Shown here one piece after another: positions 12,756-22,165 of a stretch of DNA of 64,000 nt; position 1 is the stretch's first letter; every line of letters begins with the position of its first letter. Below the pieces are notes generated by a model. That model worked only from the letters and a program-made list of their open reading frames with translations. It ran no database searches and was not told where the DNA came from. Position numbers and translations under genes: made by a program. The DNA lies in the NCBI GenBank assembly GCA_963748625.1, contig CAVVJT010000010.1, forward strand, positions 192,001-256,000. The letters run 5' to 3'. The stretch comes from an uncultured Chloroflexia bacterium. GTDB taxonomy: Bacteria > Chloroflexota > Limnocylindria > Limnocylindrales > CSP1-4.

Positions 12756-13685
12756 TCACCCGCCATCCTTCTTGGGCTTCTTGGTGGGCTCGGGCGTGGG
12801 GTTGGGTGTGGCCTTGGGCACGATCGTGCCACTCCGGTCGTCGGCGAGGATCACCCGCTGCACCTGGTCCTCGCGCCCGGCGAGCAGGCTGCGCAGGAGG
12901 CGCACCTGGCCCGGGATCAGCTCGGTGGTCCGCAGGGTGGGCGTGTAGAAGCCGAAGACCGCCGCCCAGCTGACGGGCCGGGTGCGCATGGTGAACCCGT
13001 TCGCGTCGTCCACGCGCAGCACGAGCTCCCGTGCGGCCGTACCCACATCCGACGGGGTCAGCGAGCCAAGGCGCAGCGCAGCATCAAGCGTCACCGGGTC
13101 CAGGACATCGCCCACCACCATCGGCATGGAGGTCATGCGGGCGTCGTCCACCACGGGCAGCGCGGCCGCCGCCTCGGGGGCATCCTCCCCGATCTCCGCG
13201 AACAGCTTCCCCTCCCGATCCACGAGGAAGCGCCGCGACCCGACCTTCCAGACGACCAGCGGGACCCGCTCCTCCACGGCGACCCGGATCTCACCCGGCA
13301 GGGCCACGCTGACGTGGGACGCCTTGACCGCGGGGATGACGTCGATGCGTCGTTCGAGGTCGCCCGTGACAACCGTGAAGGCGTTCTGGCCGGACGGCAC
13401 CGCCATGACCTCCTCGATGAGCGCGGGTGACGTCCAGGTGACCCCTTCGACGGTCGTGCCGGTGACCGTGAAGGCATCCGAGGAGGCGAGCCCGTACATC
13501 GCCGCGGCGCCCGCGATGAGGGCGAGCAGCGCGCCCGCGCGGACGGGCGACAGGCCCGCCGATGCCCGGCGGACGGGCTTGGTGCGTCGGCCGAACCCGC
13601 CCGGGCGCGCGCCAGGGCGCATCACGGAGGGTCGGGTGGGCCGCGCGGCGGGCACCTGGCCGCGGCGGAACGGAAGGCCGGGCAT
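12756..13685 (-). CDS. ftsQ: Cell division protein FtsQ/DivIB
   Basis: Single TM, POTRA-like region with LPGEIRVAVEER; position between ddl and ftsA. Confidence 0.85.
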   Translation of the reverse strand: MPGLPFRRGQVPAARPTRPSVMRPGARPGGFGRRTKPVRRASAGLSPVRAGALLALIAGAAAMYGLASSDAFTVTGTTVEGVTWTSPALIEEVMAVPSGQNAFTVVTGDLERRIDVIPAVKASHVSVALPGEIRVAVEERVPLVVWKVGSRRFLVDREGKLFAEIGEDAPEAAAALPVVDDARMTSMPMVVGDVLDPVTLDAALRLGSLTPSDVGTAARELVLRVDDANGFTMRTRPVSWAAVFGFYTPTLRTTELIPGQVRLLRSLLAGREDQVQRVILADDRSGTIVPKATPNPTPEPTKKPKKDGG

Positions 13686-14827
13686 CAGCGGGGCAGATCC
13701 GTGGGCGTGAGCCGATGGCGGATCCGCCGGTGCTCACGGTCGAGGGCGAGGTCCACGATGCGCCGGCAGACCGCGCTGAAGTCGTAGCCGCCCTCCGCGC
13801 ACATGCCGGGAAACAGGCTGATCGGCGTGAAGCCCGGGATCGTGTTGATCTCGGACACCACGAGCGTGCCGCCGGCGAGCAGGAAGTCGATCCGGGAGAA
13901 CCCCTCTGCGCCGACCGCCCGATAGGTGTCGCGCGCGAGCTTGAGGGTCAGGGCACGGACGTCGGCTGGCACCTCCGCCGTCAGCGAGGTCTGCGACAGC
14001 CCTGGCGTGTACTTCGCGGCATAGTCGTAGAACTCGTGGCCGGACATGATCTCGCCCGGGCCGTACACCTCCAGCGTGGCGGGGTCGTTCCCCACGACCG
14101 AGACCTCGAGGTCCCGGGCGCCTGCGAGATAGTGCTCGACCAGCACCAGGTCGTCGTAGCGGAACGCCTCGTCAAGGGCGGCCGCCCGATCCTGCGCCCG
14201 GTGGGCAAGCGTCATGCCGATGGAGCTCCCGAGGCGCGCGGGCTTGACCATGAGCCGCGGATCGCCGCTCCCGCCAGCGAACGCCTCGAGCCCGGCGAGG
14301 ACGGCGTCCGGGTCGGTCGCCCAGCTCGTCGCCCGAATCTCCAGCCAGTCCACCACGGGCAGGCCCATGCCGCGCACGAGCCGCTTGAAGATCGCCTTGT
14401 CCATGCCGATGGCGGACGCCGTGACCCCGGAGCCCGTGTACGGGAGGCCGGCCGCCTCGCACAGCGCCTGGGCCGTCCCGTCCTCGCCGAACGGCCCGTG
14501 GAGGGCGAGGAAGACCACGGGCCGCACGGGGCGGTCGGCGAGACGTTCGATGGCCACGCCGGGATCGAGCGGGCCGTCGGCGCCCAGCCGTGCCGGATCG
14601 TCGTAGGTCGCTTGGGGACGTCCCTCGCGGCGGAAGCCCGCAGGCAGCAGCCACCACTCCCCGTCCAGGTCGATGAGCCACGTCTCCACGGGATAGCCGG
14701 CATCGAGCAGCGCGTCCGCGATCGCCGACCCGGACACCACGGACACATCGTGCTCCGCGGACGGCCCGCCCAGCACCACCGCCACCGGCGTGGTCGCAGG
14801 CTGGTGGGCCAGCGGCGGGACGGACAT
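13685..14827 (-). CDS. ddl: D-alanine--D-alanine ligase
   Basis: GGPSAEHDVS, LHGPFGEDG, FYDYAAKY, EINTIPG. Confidence 0.97.
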   Translation of the reverse strand: MSVPPLAHQPATTPVAVVLGGPSAEHDVSVVSGSAIADALLDAGYPVETWLIDLDGEWWLLPAGFRREGRPQATYDDPARLGADGPLDPGVAIERLADRPVRPVVFLALHGPFGEDGTAQALCEAAGLPYTGSGVTASAIGMDKAIFKRLVRGMGLPVVDWLEIRATSWATDPDAVLAGLEAFAGGSGDPRLMVKPARLGSSIGMTLAHRAQDRAAALDEAFRYDDLVLVEHYLAGARDLEVSVVGNDPATLEVYGPGEIMSGHEFYDYAAKYTPGLSQTSLTAEVPADVRALTLKLARDTYRAVGAEGFSRIDFLLAGGTLVVSEINTIPGFTPISLFPGMCAEGGYDFSAVCRRIVDLALDREHRRIRHRLTPTDLPR

Positions 14828-15795
14828 CAGGCGGCCTCCTCGGGCGTCCAGGCCGACCAGTCGCCGGCGAATTCGATCTCGAACACCAGCTCGATCCCAT
14901 TGGCCGATCGCACGCGCGCGCGGACCAGCTCGGCGAGCCGGCGGACGTCGGCGGCGGTGCCGCCCTGGTCGTTGACGATGAAGTTGGCGTGCTTCTCCGA
15001 CACGACCGCGCCGCCGACACGGTACCCCTTCAGGCCGAGGGCATCGATCAGGCGGCCCGCCGAGTCACCGGGCGGGTTGCGGAACACGGAGCCGGCGGAC
15101 GGGATCCCCAGCGGCTGGTGCTCGCGGCGCCAGCGCCGGATGTCGTCGAGACGCGCCTTGATTGCGACCGGGTCCCCGGGCTGGAGCCCGAACACCGCGG
15201 CCAGCACGATCTCGTCAGGCCCCTGGGGGTCGCGGGCGGCGTCCTTGAACCGGCTGTGCCGGTAGGTGAAACCCAGCGCCGAGGCGGGCAGCACCTCCTC
15301 GTGCCCGTCCGCGAACAGCACCGTCGCGCTCTCGAGCACGCCCGCCGTCTCCCCGCCATGGGCACCGGCGTTGGCCCACACGGCCCCGCCGACCGTGCCC
15401 GGGATCGCAAGGCCGTATTCCAAGCCGGTGAGCCCGGCCTGCTGGGTCTCCGTCGCTGCGCGGGCCATCGGCACGCCGGCGTCGGCGAGGTAGCGCGAGC
15501 CTTCCACGCGCGACCCCTCCGCACGCGCCTGGATCACCAGCCCGCGGATGCCGGCATCGCTGATCACGAGGTTGCTGCCACGGCCGAGGAGGGTGAACGG
15601 GATGCCTCGGGCGCGCACGAACCTGACGAGGCCGCGCAGCTCGAACCCGTTGTGGGCGACGGCGAACAGGTCGGCAGGGCCACCGACGCGCATCGTGGTG
15701 AACCTCGCGAGCGGCTCATCACGCACGGTCTTGACGCCGAGCCGGCGGGCGATGTCGACACCGGTGGCGAGGACGTCGAACGGGGCCTCCGACAT
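14827..15795 (-). CDS. murB: UDP-N-acetylenolpyruvoylglucosamine reductase
   Basis: RVGGPA, GRGSNL, IPGTVGGA, SAGSVFRNP, KHANF. Confidence 0.97.
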   Translation of the reverse strand: MSEAPFDVLATGVDIARRLGVKTVRDEPLARFTTMRVGGPADLFAVAHNGFELRGLVRFVRARGIPFTLLGRGSNLVISDAGIRGLVIQARAEGSRVEGSRYLADAGVPMARAATETQQAGLTGLEYGLAIPGTVGGAVWANAGAHGGETAGVLESATVLFADGHEEVLPASALGFTYRHSRFKDAARDPQGPDEIVLAAVFGLQPGDPVAIKARLDDIRRWRREHQPLGIPSAGSVFRNPPGDSAGRLIDALGLKGYRVGGAVVSEKHANFIVNDQGGTAADVRRLAELVRARVRSANGIELVFEIEFAGDWSAWTPEEAA

Positions 15796-16946
15796 CACGG
15801 ACGACCGCCGCGCGCGATGCCGTCCACCTGGGCCTGGCTGGGGAGCGCCCCGCGGCGCGCGACGGCGAGCACCAGCTCGGCGACGGCGCCCGCGGCGTCC
15901 GGCCGGGCAAGCTCGCGGGCCGCTGCCGACATCCCGGCGTGGCGCACCGGGTCCGCCAGCAGCCCGGCCACCTCGAGGAGCCGGGCCGGATCGAGGTCCT
16001 CGTCCTCGACCAGGATGGCGGCGCCCGCGTCGGCGAAGGCCGCCGCGTTGAGCCGCTGGTGACCTGCCGCATGGGGGTACGGGATGATCGCGGTCGGGAG
16101 GGCGAATGCGGCAGCCTCGGCCAGTGTGGACGCTCCGGCGCGGCCCAGTGCCAGGTCCGCGGCACAGAGGGCGGCTGTCATCTCGTCGCCGTGCAGGAAC
16201 GGGTGCGGCCGATACCGGTCGCGGCGGTCCTCCGGCAGGGCGTCGCGGGCAGCCAGGGCGGGGCCGTAGCCGTCGTCGCCGGTCACGTGGATGACGCGCA
16301 CCCGGTCCACGAGCTGCGGCAGCGCGCCAACCACCGCGTCGTTGATGCGGCGCACGGCCTGCGAGCCACCAAAGACGAGGAGGATCCGCTCCCCCGGCCG
16401 GGCGCCGAACCGGGCTCGGGCATCGTCGGGGTCCACGTCGCCCACCTCCCGTATGGGCGTCCCGGTGGTGTAGGTGTGCGGTCGCCCGAGGGCCCGGCCC
16501 GTCTCCTCGTGCGAGACCGCCACCACCGTGGCCCACCTGGCCACCGCGCGGACGCTGCGGCCGGGCACCACGTTGCCGTCCCAGAGCACGCTCGGGATGC
16601 GCAGCGCGGCCGCCGCGAGCAGGGTCGGGATGGCGACGTAGCCGCCGGTGGTGAAGATCGCCTCAGGGCGGCGGACGACCAGCAGGACGAACGCCTGCGG
16701 CACGGACAGGGCGAGACGCAGGGGATCGAGGACCAGGTGGATGTCGCGTCCGGCGGAGCGCAGGGAGCGCAGCAGGAGTCGGGTCAGCGGGATCCCGGCC
16801 GCGGGGACGATGCCCCGCTCGAGACCCCGGTGGCCACCGAGCCAGCCGAGCTCAGGCGCGCCGGCCCGGGCGCGGAGCGATCGTGCTACGGCGAGAGCCG
16901 GGTAGATGTGACCGCCCGTTCCCCCGCCCGCGATCAGCAGGCGCAT
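15795..16946 (-). CDS. murG: Undecaprenyl-PP-MurNAc-pentapeptide GlcNAc transferase
   Basis: GGGTGGHIYP, GGYV, GGSQA, RAGASTLAE, HQRLNA. Confidence 0.96.
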   Translation of the reverse strand: MRLLIAGGGTGGHIYPALAVARSLRARAGAPELGWLGGHRGLERGIVPAAGIPLTRLLLRSLRSAGRDIHLVLDPLRLALSVPQAFVLLVVRRPEAIFTTGGYVAIPTLLAAAALRIPSVLWDGNVVPGRSVRAVARWATVVAVSHEETGRALGRPHTYTTGTPIREVGDVDPDDARARFGARPGERILLVFGGSQAVRRINDAVVGALPQLVDRVRVIHVTGDDGYGPALAARDALPEDRRDRYRPHPFLHGDEMTAALCAADLALGRAGASTLAEAAAFALPTAIIPYPHAAGHQRLNAAAFADAGAAILVEDEDLDPARLLEVAGLLADPVRHAGMSAAARELARPDAAGAVAELVLAVARRGALPSQAQVDGIARGGRP

Positions 16947-18126
16947 CGTTCCAGGTTCCTTTCTCGACCGTCTCGCGTGAGACCGACAGGAGGATGCCAA
17001 CGGCGGCGAAGGAGATGATGAGCGACGAGCCGCCTGCCGAGACGAACGGCAGCGGGATGCCCGTCACGGGGATCAGACCCACGACGACCCCGATGTTGAT
17101 GAACGCCTGGAGGCAGATCCAGGCGGTGATCCCGGCCGCAAGCAGCGCCCCGAACGTGTCCGGGGCGCCGAGCGCCGTGCGGATGCCGAGATAGCCGAAG
17201 GCGAGGAACAGCAGGATCACGAGACCTGCCCCGATGAGGCCGAACTCCTCGCCCACGATCGCGAAGATGAAGTCGTTGAACGCATTGGGCAGGAACAGGC
17301 CGCCGGCGAGCCGGCTCTCGCCGAGGCCCGCCCCGAAGACCCCGCCGAGCGCGAGCGCGAGGTACCCCTGGACGCTGTGGAAGCCGTCAGGCCGGTCTGG
17401 TCGGCCCACGGGTTCGAGCCAGGCGGTGATGCGGTCCATCTGGTAGCCGCGCATGAACATGACGAACACGGCCGGCACCGCCGCCACCGCCATGCGCGCG
17501 AGGTGCAGCAGGTTCGCGCCGGCGAGGAAGAACATCGTGAACGCGGTGAACGCGAGGACCGACGAGGTGCCGAGGTCCGGCTCCAGGAGCACGAGCATCA
17601 CCACCGGACCGACGATCACCAGGAACGGGACCGTGCCCGACCAGAAGCCCTTGATCGCGGTGCCCCGCTTGGCGAACCAGTGGGCGAGGTACACGACCAG
17701 GGCGAGCTTCATGAACTCCGCTGGGTGGACCGCCGGCAGCGGCCCGATCTTGAGCCAGCGGGCCGATCCGCCCACCTCGATGTTGATGGCGTCGATGAAC
17801 ACCAGGAGCAGGGCGATGATGCCGGCCACGAACAGGGGCACCGAAGCGACGCGCAGCCAGCGGTAGTCGATCCGCATCATGATGAGCATGGCCACCATGC
17901 CGAGGGCGGCCCACTGGATCTGCGGCCCCACGATGGCGAACGGGTCGTCCTTCTGCAGGTAGGCCTTGATCGCGGACGACGAGTAGACCATCAGGATGCC
18001 GATGGCGGCGAGCGCGACGGTGGCCACCAGGATCCCGTACTCGGGCTCGTGGCGCTCGCGGTCCAGCGTGTTGCGGGTACGGTCCTTGACGGGCGCACGG
18101 ACGGCGGCGAGCGGCGTCGTGGTCAT
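16852..18126 (-). CDS. ftsW: SEDS peptidoglycan polymerase FtsW
   Basis: MVYSSS, GGSARW, HPAEFMK, EPDLG, DFIFAIVGEEFG, TGIPLPFVSAGGSS. Confidence 0.96.
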   Translation of the reverse strand: MTTTPLAAVRAPVKDRTRNTLDRERHEPEYGILVATVALAAIGILMVYSSSAIKAYLQKDDPFAIVGPQIQWAALGMVAMLIMMRIDYRWLRVASVPLFVAGIIALLLVFIDAINIEVGGSARWLKIGPLPAVHPAEFMKLALVVYLAHWFAKRGTAIKGFWSGTVPFLVIVGPVVMLVLLEPDLGTSSVLAFTAFTMFFLAGANLLHLARMAVAAVPAVFVMFMRGYQMDRITAWLEPVGRPDRPDGFHSVQGYLALALGGVFGAGLGESRLAGGLFLPNAFNDFIFAIVGEEFGLIGAGLVILLFLAFGYLGIRTALGAPDTFGALLAAGITAWICLQAFINIGVVVGLIPVTGIPLPFVSAGGSSLIISFAAVGILLSVSRETVEKGTWNDAPADRGRGNGRSHLPGSRRSTIAPRPGRRA

Positions 18127-19694
18127 GCGGACCTCCCGTTCCCGGCAGGGCCGGCGGCTCGGCGGGCGGCGAGCGCGCCCACGGCGGCGATGAACGCGCG
18201 GCCACGGGCCGCATAGTCATCGAACATGTCGAACGACGCGGCGGCCGGGCTCATCAGCACCGTGGCCACGGTACCCGGCAGCGCGTCACCGAGGGCGAGG
18301 TGGGCAAGGCCGTCGGCGGTCTCCACGGCCTCCTCGAGGGATGCTGCCCGGGTGGTGCGCGCGAGACCGGCCGCACGGAGGAGACCCTCGAGCATCGGCC
18401 CGCTCTCGCCGATGAGCACGGCGGCGAAGGCCGCCTCTGCGGCGACGCCCGCGAGCCCGGTGAGGTCCACGCCCTTGTCCCGCCCGCCGGCGATCAGCAC
18501 GACCGGGGCCTCGAATGCCCGAAGGGCGGCGATCACCGCGTCCGGCTGGGTGCCCTGGGAGTCGTTCACGAAGCGCACGCCATCCACGAGGCCCACGGAC
18601 TGCAGGCGGTGCTCGACACCCGTGAAGGCGGCGGAGGCCCGGCGGATGGCATCGGGGGCGACGCCGAACAGCAGGCCCACGGCGATCGCGGCGAGGGCGT
18701 TCGACACGTTGTGGCGGCCGGGGATCCCCAACTCCGCGGCCGGCATGATCGTGCCCCCTGGACCCGCTTGCGCCACGCCGCCACCCGCGATCGGCAGGCG
18801 CTCCACCGCGGCCGCCACGATCCAGCCATCCACGACGCCGAGGCCGCCGGGGACCGGCGCGTCGTCGCGATAGAGGACGACCGGTGCCGTGCCCAGGCCC
18901 GCGTACCCGCCCACCACCGGGTCGCCGAGGTTGAGCACCAGCGCCCCGTCCGGGTCCACCAGCTCGGCGAGACGCCGCTTGGCACGCCGGTAGGCCTCCA
19001 CGCTGCCATGGCGGTCGAGATGGTCGGAAGTGACGTTGGTGTAGACCGCGACCGTGGTGCCCTGGGACAGGGCCGGCAGCTGCAACTCGGAGAGCTCCAC
19101 CACCACGCGGTGCTCAGGCGTCAGCTCGGGCAGGCGCTCCACCAGCGGCGTCCCGATGTTGCCGCCCAGGATCGCGGGATGGCTGGGGTCGGCCGCGAGG
19201 ATCGCGTGGATGAGCGAGGAGGTCGTCGTCTTCCCCTTGGTCCCGGTCACCCCGATCGTCGGCGCCGGGCACAGGCGCAGGAAGAGGTCGGTCTCGGAGA
19301 CGAGCGCGGGCGCATCGGGGTCGCCGGCGGCGCGGGCCGCAACCAGCGCCTTCAGCTGGGCTCGAAGGCGGGGCTCCGTTGTGGGGTAGTCGGGCGTGAT
19401 CGACGGCGACGTGGTCACCAGCGCGGCGCCGGCCCAGGTTGTCTGCGGGTCAACCTCGGGGCCGCAGCGCAGGGTGACCGCACGCCCGCCCAGCTGCTCC
19501 ACCGCCCGCGCCAGCTCCGCCTCCGGGCGGCCGTCGTACACGGTCACGCGGGCGCCGGCGTCGTGCAGGAACCGCGCAAGCGCGATCCCGCTGCGCGCAA
19601 GGCCCAGCACCGTGACCGGCTGCCCGCTGAACGCGCCCGTCAGCACGTCCGCCAGGGTGAGGGCGTGGATGTCGATCGTCGTCATGGCCGGCAT
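18123..19694 (-). CDS. murD: UDP-MurNAc-L-Ala--D-Glu ligase
   Basis: GLARSG, TGTKGKTTT, GNIG, DHLDRH, EHRLQ, LIAGGRDK, SPAAASFD. Confidence 0.96.
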   Translation of the reverse strand: MPAMTTIDIHALTLADVLTGAFSGQPVTVLGLARSGIALARFLHDAGARVTVYDGRPEAELARAVEQLGGRAVTLRCGPEVDPQTTWAGAALVTTSPSITPDYPTTEPRLRAQLKALVAARAAGDPDAPALVSETDLFLRLCPAPTIGVTGTKGKTTTSSLIHAILAADPSHPAILGGNIGTPLVERLPELTPEHRVVVELSELQLPALSQGTTVAVYTNVTSDHLDRHGSVEAYRRAKRRLAELVDPDGALVLNLGDPVVGGYAGLGTAPVVLYRDDAPVPGGLGVVDGWIVAAAVERLPIAGGGVAQAGPGGTIMPAAELGIPGRHNVSNALAAIAVGLLFGVAPDAIRRASAAFTGVEHRLQSVGLVDGVRFVNDSQGTQPDAVIAALRAFEAPVVLIAGGRDKGVDLTGLAGVAAEAAFAAVLIGESGPMLEGLLRAAGLARTTRAASLEEAVETADGLAHLALGDALPGTVATVLMSPAAASFDMFDDYAARGRAFIAAVGALAARRAAGPAGNGRSA

Positions 19695-20674
19695 CAGTGC
19701 AGCGCGTCGATGGAGGCCATGAACAGCGTCACGCCCAGGAGCCCCGCGAGGATCCCCACGATCCAGAACCGCAGGGTGATCTTCTCCTCGTCCCAGCCGG
19801 AGAGCTCGAAGTGGTGGTGCAGCGGGGCCATCTTGAACACCCGCTTGCCCCCCGAGAGCTTGTAGTAGCCGATCTGGATGATGTCGCTCATGGTCTCGAC
19901 CACGAAGATCAGGCCGATGAGCGGCAGGACCAGGATCTGGCCGGTGATGAGCGCGATGACGGCCAGCGCGGCACCGAGCGCCAGGGATCCCGAGTCGCCC
20001 ATGAACACCTGGGCCGGGTGGACGTTGAACCACAGGAACCCGAGCAGGGCGCCGATGATCAGCGCACACAGGAAGGCGATGTTCGTCTGCGGAATCGGTG
20101 CGTTGAGCAGCGCGATGATCATGAAGCAGACGAACGCGAAGGCCAGGGTGCCGCCGGCGAGACCGTCGAGGCCGTCGGTGAGGTTGACACCGTTCGAGGC
20201 GGCCACGATCGCGAAGGCGCCGAACGCGACGTAGACCCAGGGGTCGATGGGGACGTCGCCGATGAACGGGACGCGGATGCCGGTGATGTTGTAGGTGCTC
20301 TGGATCTGCCAGGCCACGAAGACCGCGACGACCGTCTGCCACAGCAGCTTCTGGCGGGCGCGGATCCCGTCGCCGGTCCGCGCGTTCAGGGCGTCATCCA
20401 CGGCGCCCAGCAGGCCCACCAGGGCCAGGGTGGCGAGCGGCGCGATGATGCCGTACTGGACGGGCCAGCGCAGCACGAGGTAGATCAACAGGACGACCAC
20501 GATCAGGAGGAGGCCGCCCATCGTCGGCGTTCCGCCCTTGACCATGTGGCTCTGCGGCCCTTCCGCGCGGATCTGCTTGGCGAACCCGAAGTGGCGCAGC
20601 AGCCGGATGTACGGCGGCATCAGGATCACCACGAGGGCGAAGGACAGCAGCAGGCCCTGGATCAGCTCGATCAT
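19694..20674 (-). CDS. mraY: Phospho-MurNAc-pentapeptide transferase
   Basis: KGGTPTMGG, NLTDGLDGL, FMGDSGS, MAPLHHHFE. Confidence 0.98.
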   Translation of the reverse strand: MIELIQGLLLSFALVVILMPPYIRLLRHFGFAKQIRAEGPQSHMVKGGTPTMGGLLLIVVVLLIYLVLRWPVQYGIIAPLATLALVGLLGAVDDALNARTGDGIRARQKLLWQTVVAVFVAWQIQSTYNITGIRVPFIGDVPIDPWVYVAFGAFAIVAASNGVNLTDGLDGLAGGTLAFAFVCFMIIALLNAPIPQTNIAFLCALIIGALLGFLWFNVHPAQVFMGDSGSLALGAALAVIALITGQILVLPLIGLIFVVETMSDIIQIGYYKLSGGKRVFKMAPLHHHFELSGWDEEKITLRFWIVGILAGLLGVTLFMASIDALH

Positions 20675-22125
20675 GCCGCAGGCTCCCGGCCGCCGAGCGC
20701 GTCCACCAGGCCCTCCACGACCCGCTCCAGCTCCACGCCACGGGACGCCTTGACGAGGACGACATCCCCCGGCTGGAGGCGGCCTACGAGGGCCGTCACG
20801 GCGGCGGGGGCGTCGGTGACCGCGATGACCGCATCGTCCACGAGGCCGCTGGTGCGGGCGGCCGCGGCAAGTGGTTCGGCCGCCCCGCCAGGCCCGCCGT
20901 CAACCACGACCAGCAGGTCGAGCACGCGTCCGGCCACGGCGCCCACGGCCCGGTGGCCGGCATCGTGCTCGCCGGCGAGCTCGCGCATCTCGCCGAGGAC
21001 CGCGACATGGCGGCCGGGGAGACCGGCCAGCAGCTCCAGCGCCGCCGCCATGGAGCCCGGGGAGGCGTTGTAGGCATCGTCCACGATGACGACGCCGCCG
21101 GCACGCAGGACCACCGAGCGATGCGGGGCGTTCGACGGGGCCACGAGACCTGGGGCGATCTCAGCGAGCGTCATGCCGGCAGCCAGGCCTGCCGCCGCCG
21201 CGGCGAGCGCGTTGTGGACGGCAAGCCGGCCCAGGGCCGGGATCGAGGTCGCGATGGAGCCCATCGGGGTGACGAGGCGGAAGCGCATGCCGTCGAAGCC
21301 CGCCGACTCCATGTCCGCGGCCGTGACGTCTGCGCCGGGCGCGAACCCGTACGTGAGCACCCGCGCCTTGGTGCGGGACGCCATCCGGAGCACGCGGGGG
21401 TCATCGGCGTTGAGGATCGCCACGCCGCCGTCCGCGGCTGCCGGCAGGGCCTCCACGAGCTCGGCCTTCGCGTCCTCGATCGCGTCCAGCGAGCCGATAC
21501 GCGAGAGGTGGACCGGCTGGACCGTCGTGACGATGCCGATGCGCGGCCGGCCGATGACCGCGAGGTCCCGGATCTCGCCGCCTGTGTACATCCCCATCTC
21601 AAGGACCGCCGCCTGGTGCTCCGGACCGAGGCGCAGGACCGTGAGCGGCATGCCCACCTCGTTGTTCTGGTTGCCCTCGGTGCGCAGCGTCCGGAAGCGG
21701 CGCTCCAAGACCCCGGCGACGGCCTCCTTGGTGGAGGTCTTCGCGATGGAGCCGGTCACGCCCACCACGAGCGGGTCGAAGCGGCTGCGCCAGGCGGCGG
21801 CGACCGCGTGCAGGCCGCGGAGCGTGTCGGGAACCCGCACGACGGTGACGTCGCCCAGCTCGTCGAAGGCCGGCTCACCGGCGGCCGGATCGGGATCGCG
21901 GGCCACCAGCAGGGCGGCGGCCCCGGCAGCGGCGGCGGCGGCCAGGAACCCGTGGCCGTCGGTCCGCTCCCCCGCCAGCGCCACGAACAGGCACCCTGGC
22001 GTCACGAGGCGGGAGTCCACGGCGCCCCCGCGGACCGGTCGGTCGGACCGCCGGACCAGCGTCCCGCCGGTGGTGGCGGCGAGGTCCTCTGCGGACAGGG
22101 CGGGCGAGCCTTCGTGGTCCGTCAC
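20671..22125 (-). CDS. murF: UDP-MurNAc-tripeptide--D-Ala-D-Ala ligase
   Basis: DSR, TGSIAKTSTKE, NNEVG, DAYNASP, LGEMREL, KASRG; start uncertain (22125 or 22155). Confidence 0.95.
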   Translation of the reverse strand: MTDHEGSPALSAEDLAATTGGTLVRRSDRPVRGGAVDSRLVTPGCLFVALAGERTDGHGFLAAAAAAGAAALLVARDPDPAAGEPAFDELGDVTVVRVPDTLRGLHAVAAAWRSRFDPLVVGVTGSIAKTSTKEAVAGVLERRFRTLRTEGNQNNEVGMPLTVLRLGPEHQAAVLEMGMYTGGEIRDLAVIGRPRIGIVTTVQPVHLSRIGSLDAIEDAKAELVEALPAAADGGVAILNADDPRVLRMASRTKARVLTYGFAPGADVTAADMESAGFDGMRFRLVTPMGSIATSIPALGRLAVHNALAAAAAGLAAGMTLAEIAPGLVAPSNAPHRSVVLRAGGVVIVDDAYNASPGSMAAALELLAGLPGRHVAVLGEMRELAGEHDAGHRAVGAVAGRVLDLLVVVDGGPGGAAEPLAAAARTSGLVDDAVIAVTDAPAAVTALVGRLQPGDVVLVKASRGVELERVVEGLVDALGGREPAA

Positions 22126-22165
22126 GGGGTCGAGTGTCGCACAGGCGGTGGTCACCGGGCGGCCG

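Noticed and set aside
16852-16946. 95-bp ftsW/murG overlap as a special feature
   Set aside because: Explained by a non-conserved FtsW C-terminal run-on, common in compact high-GC dcw operons
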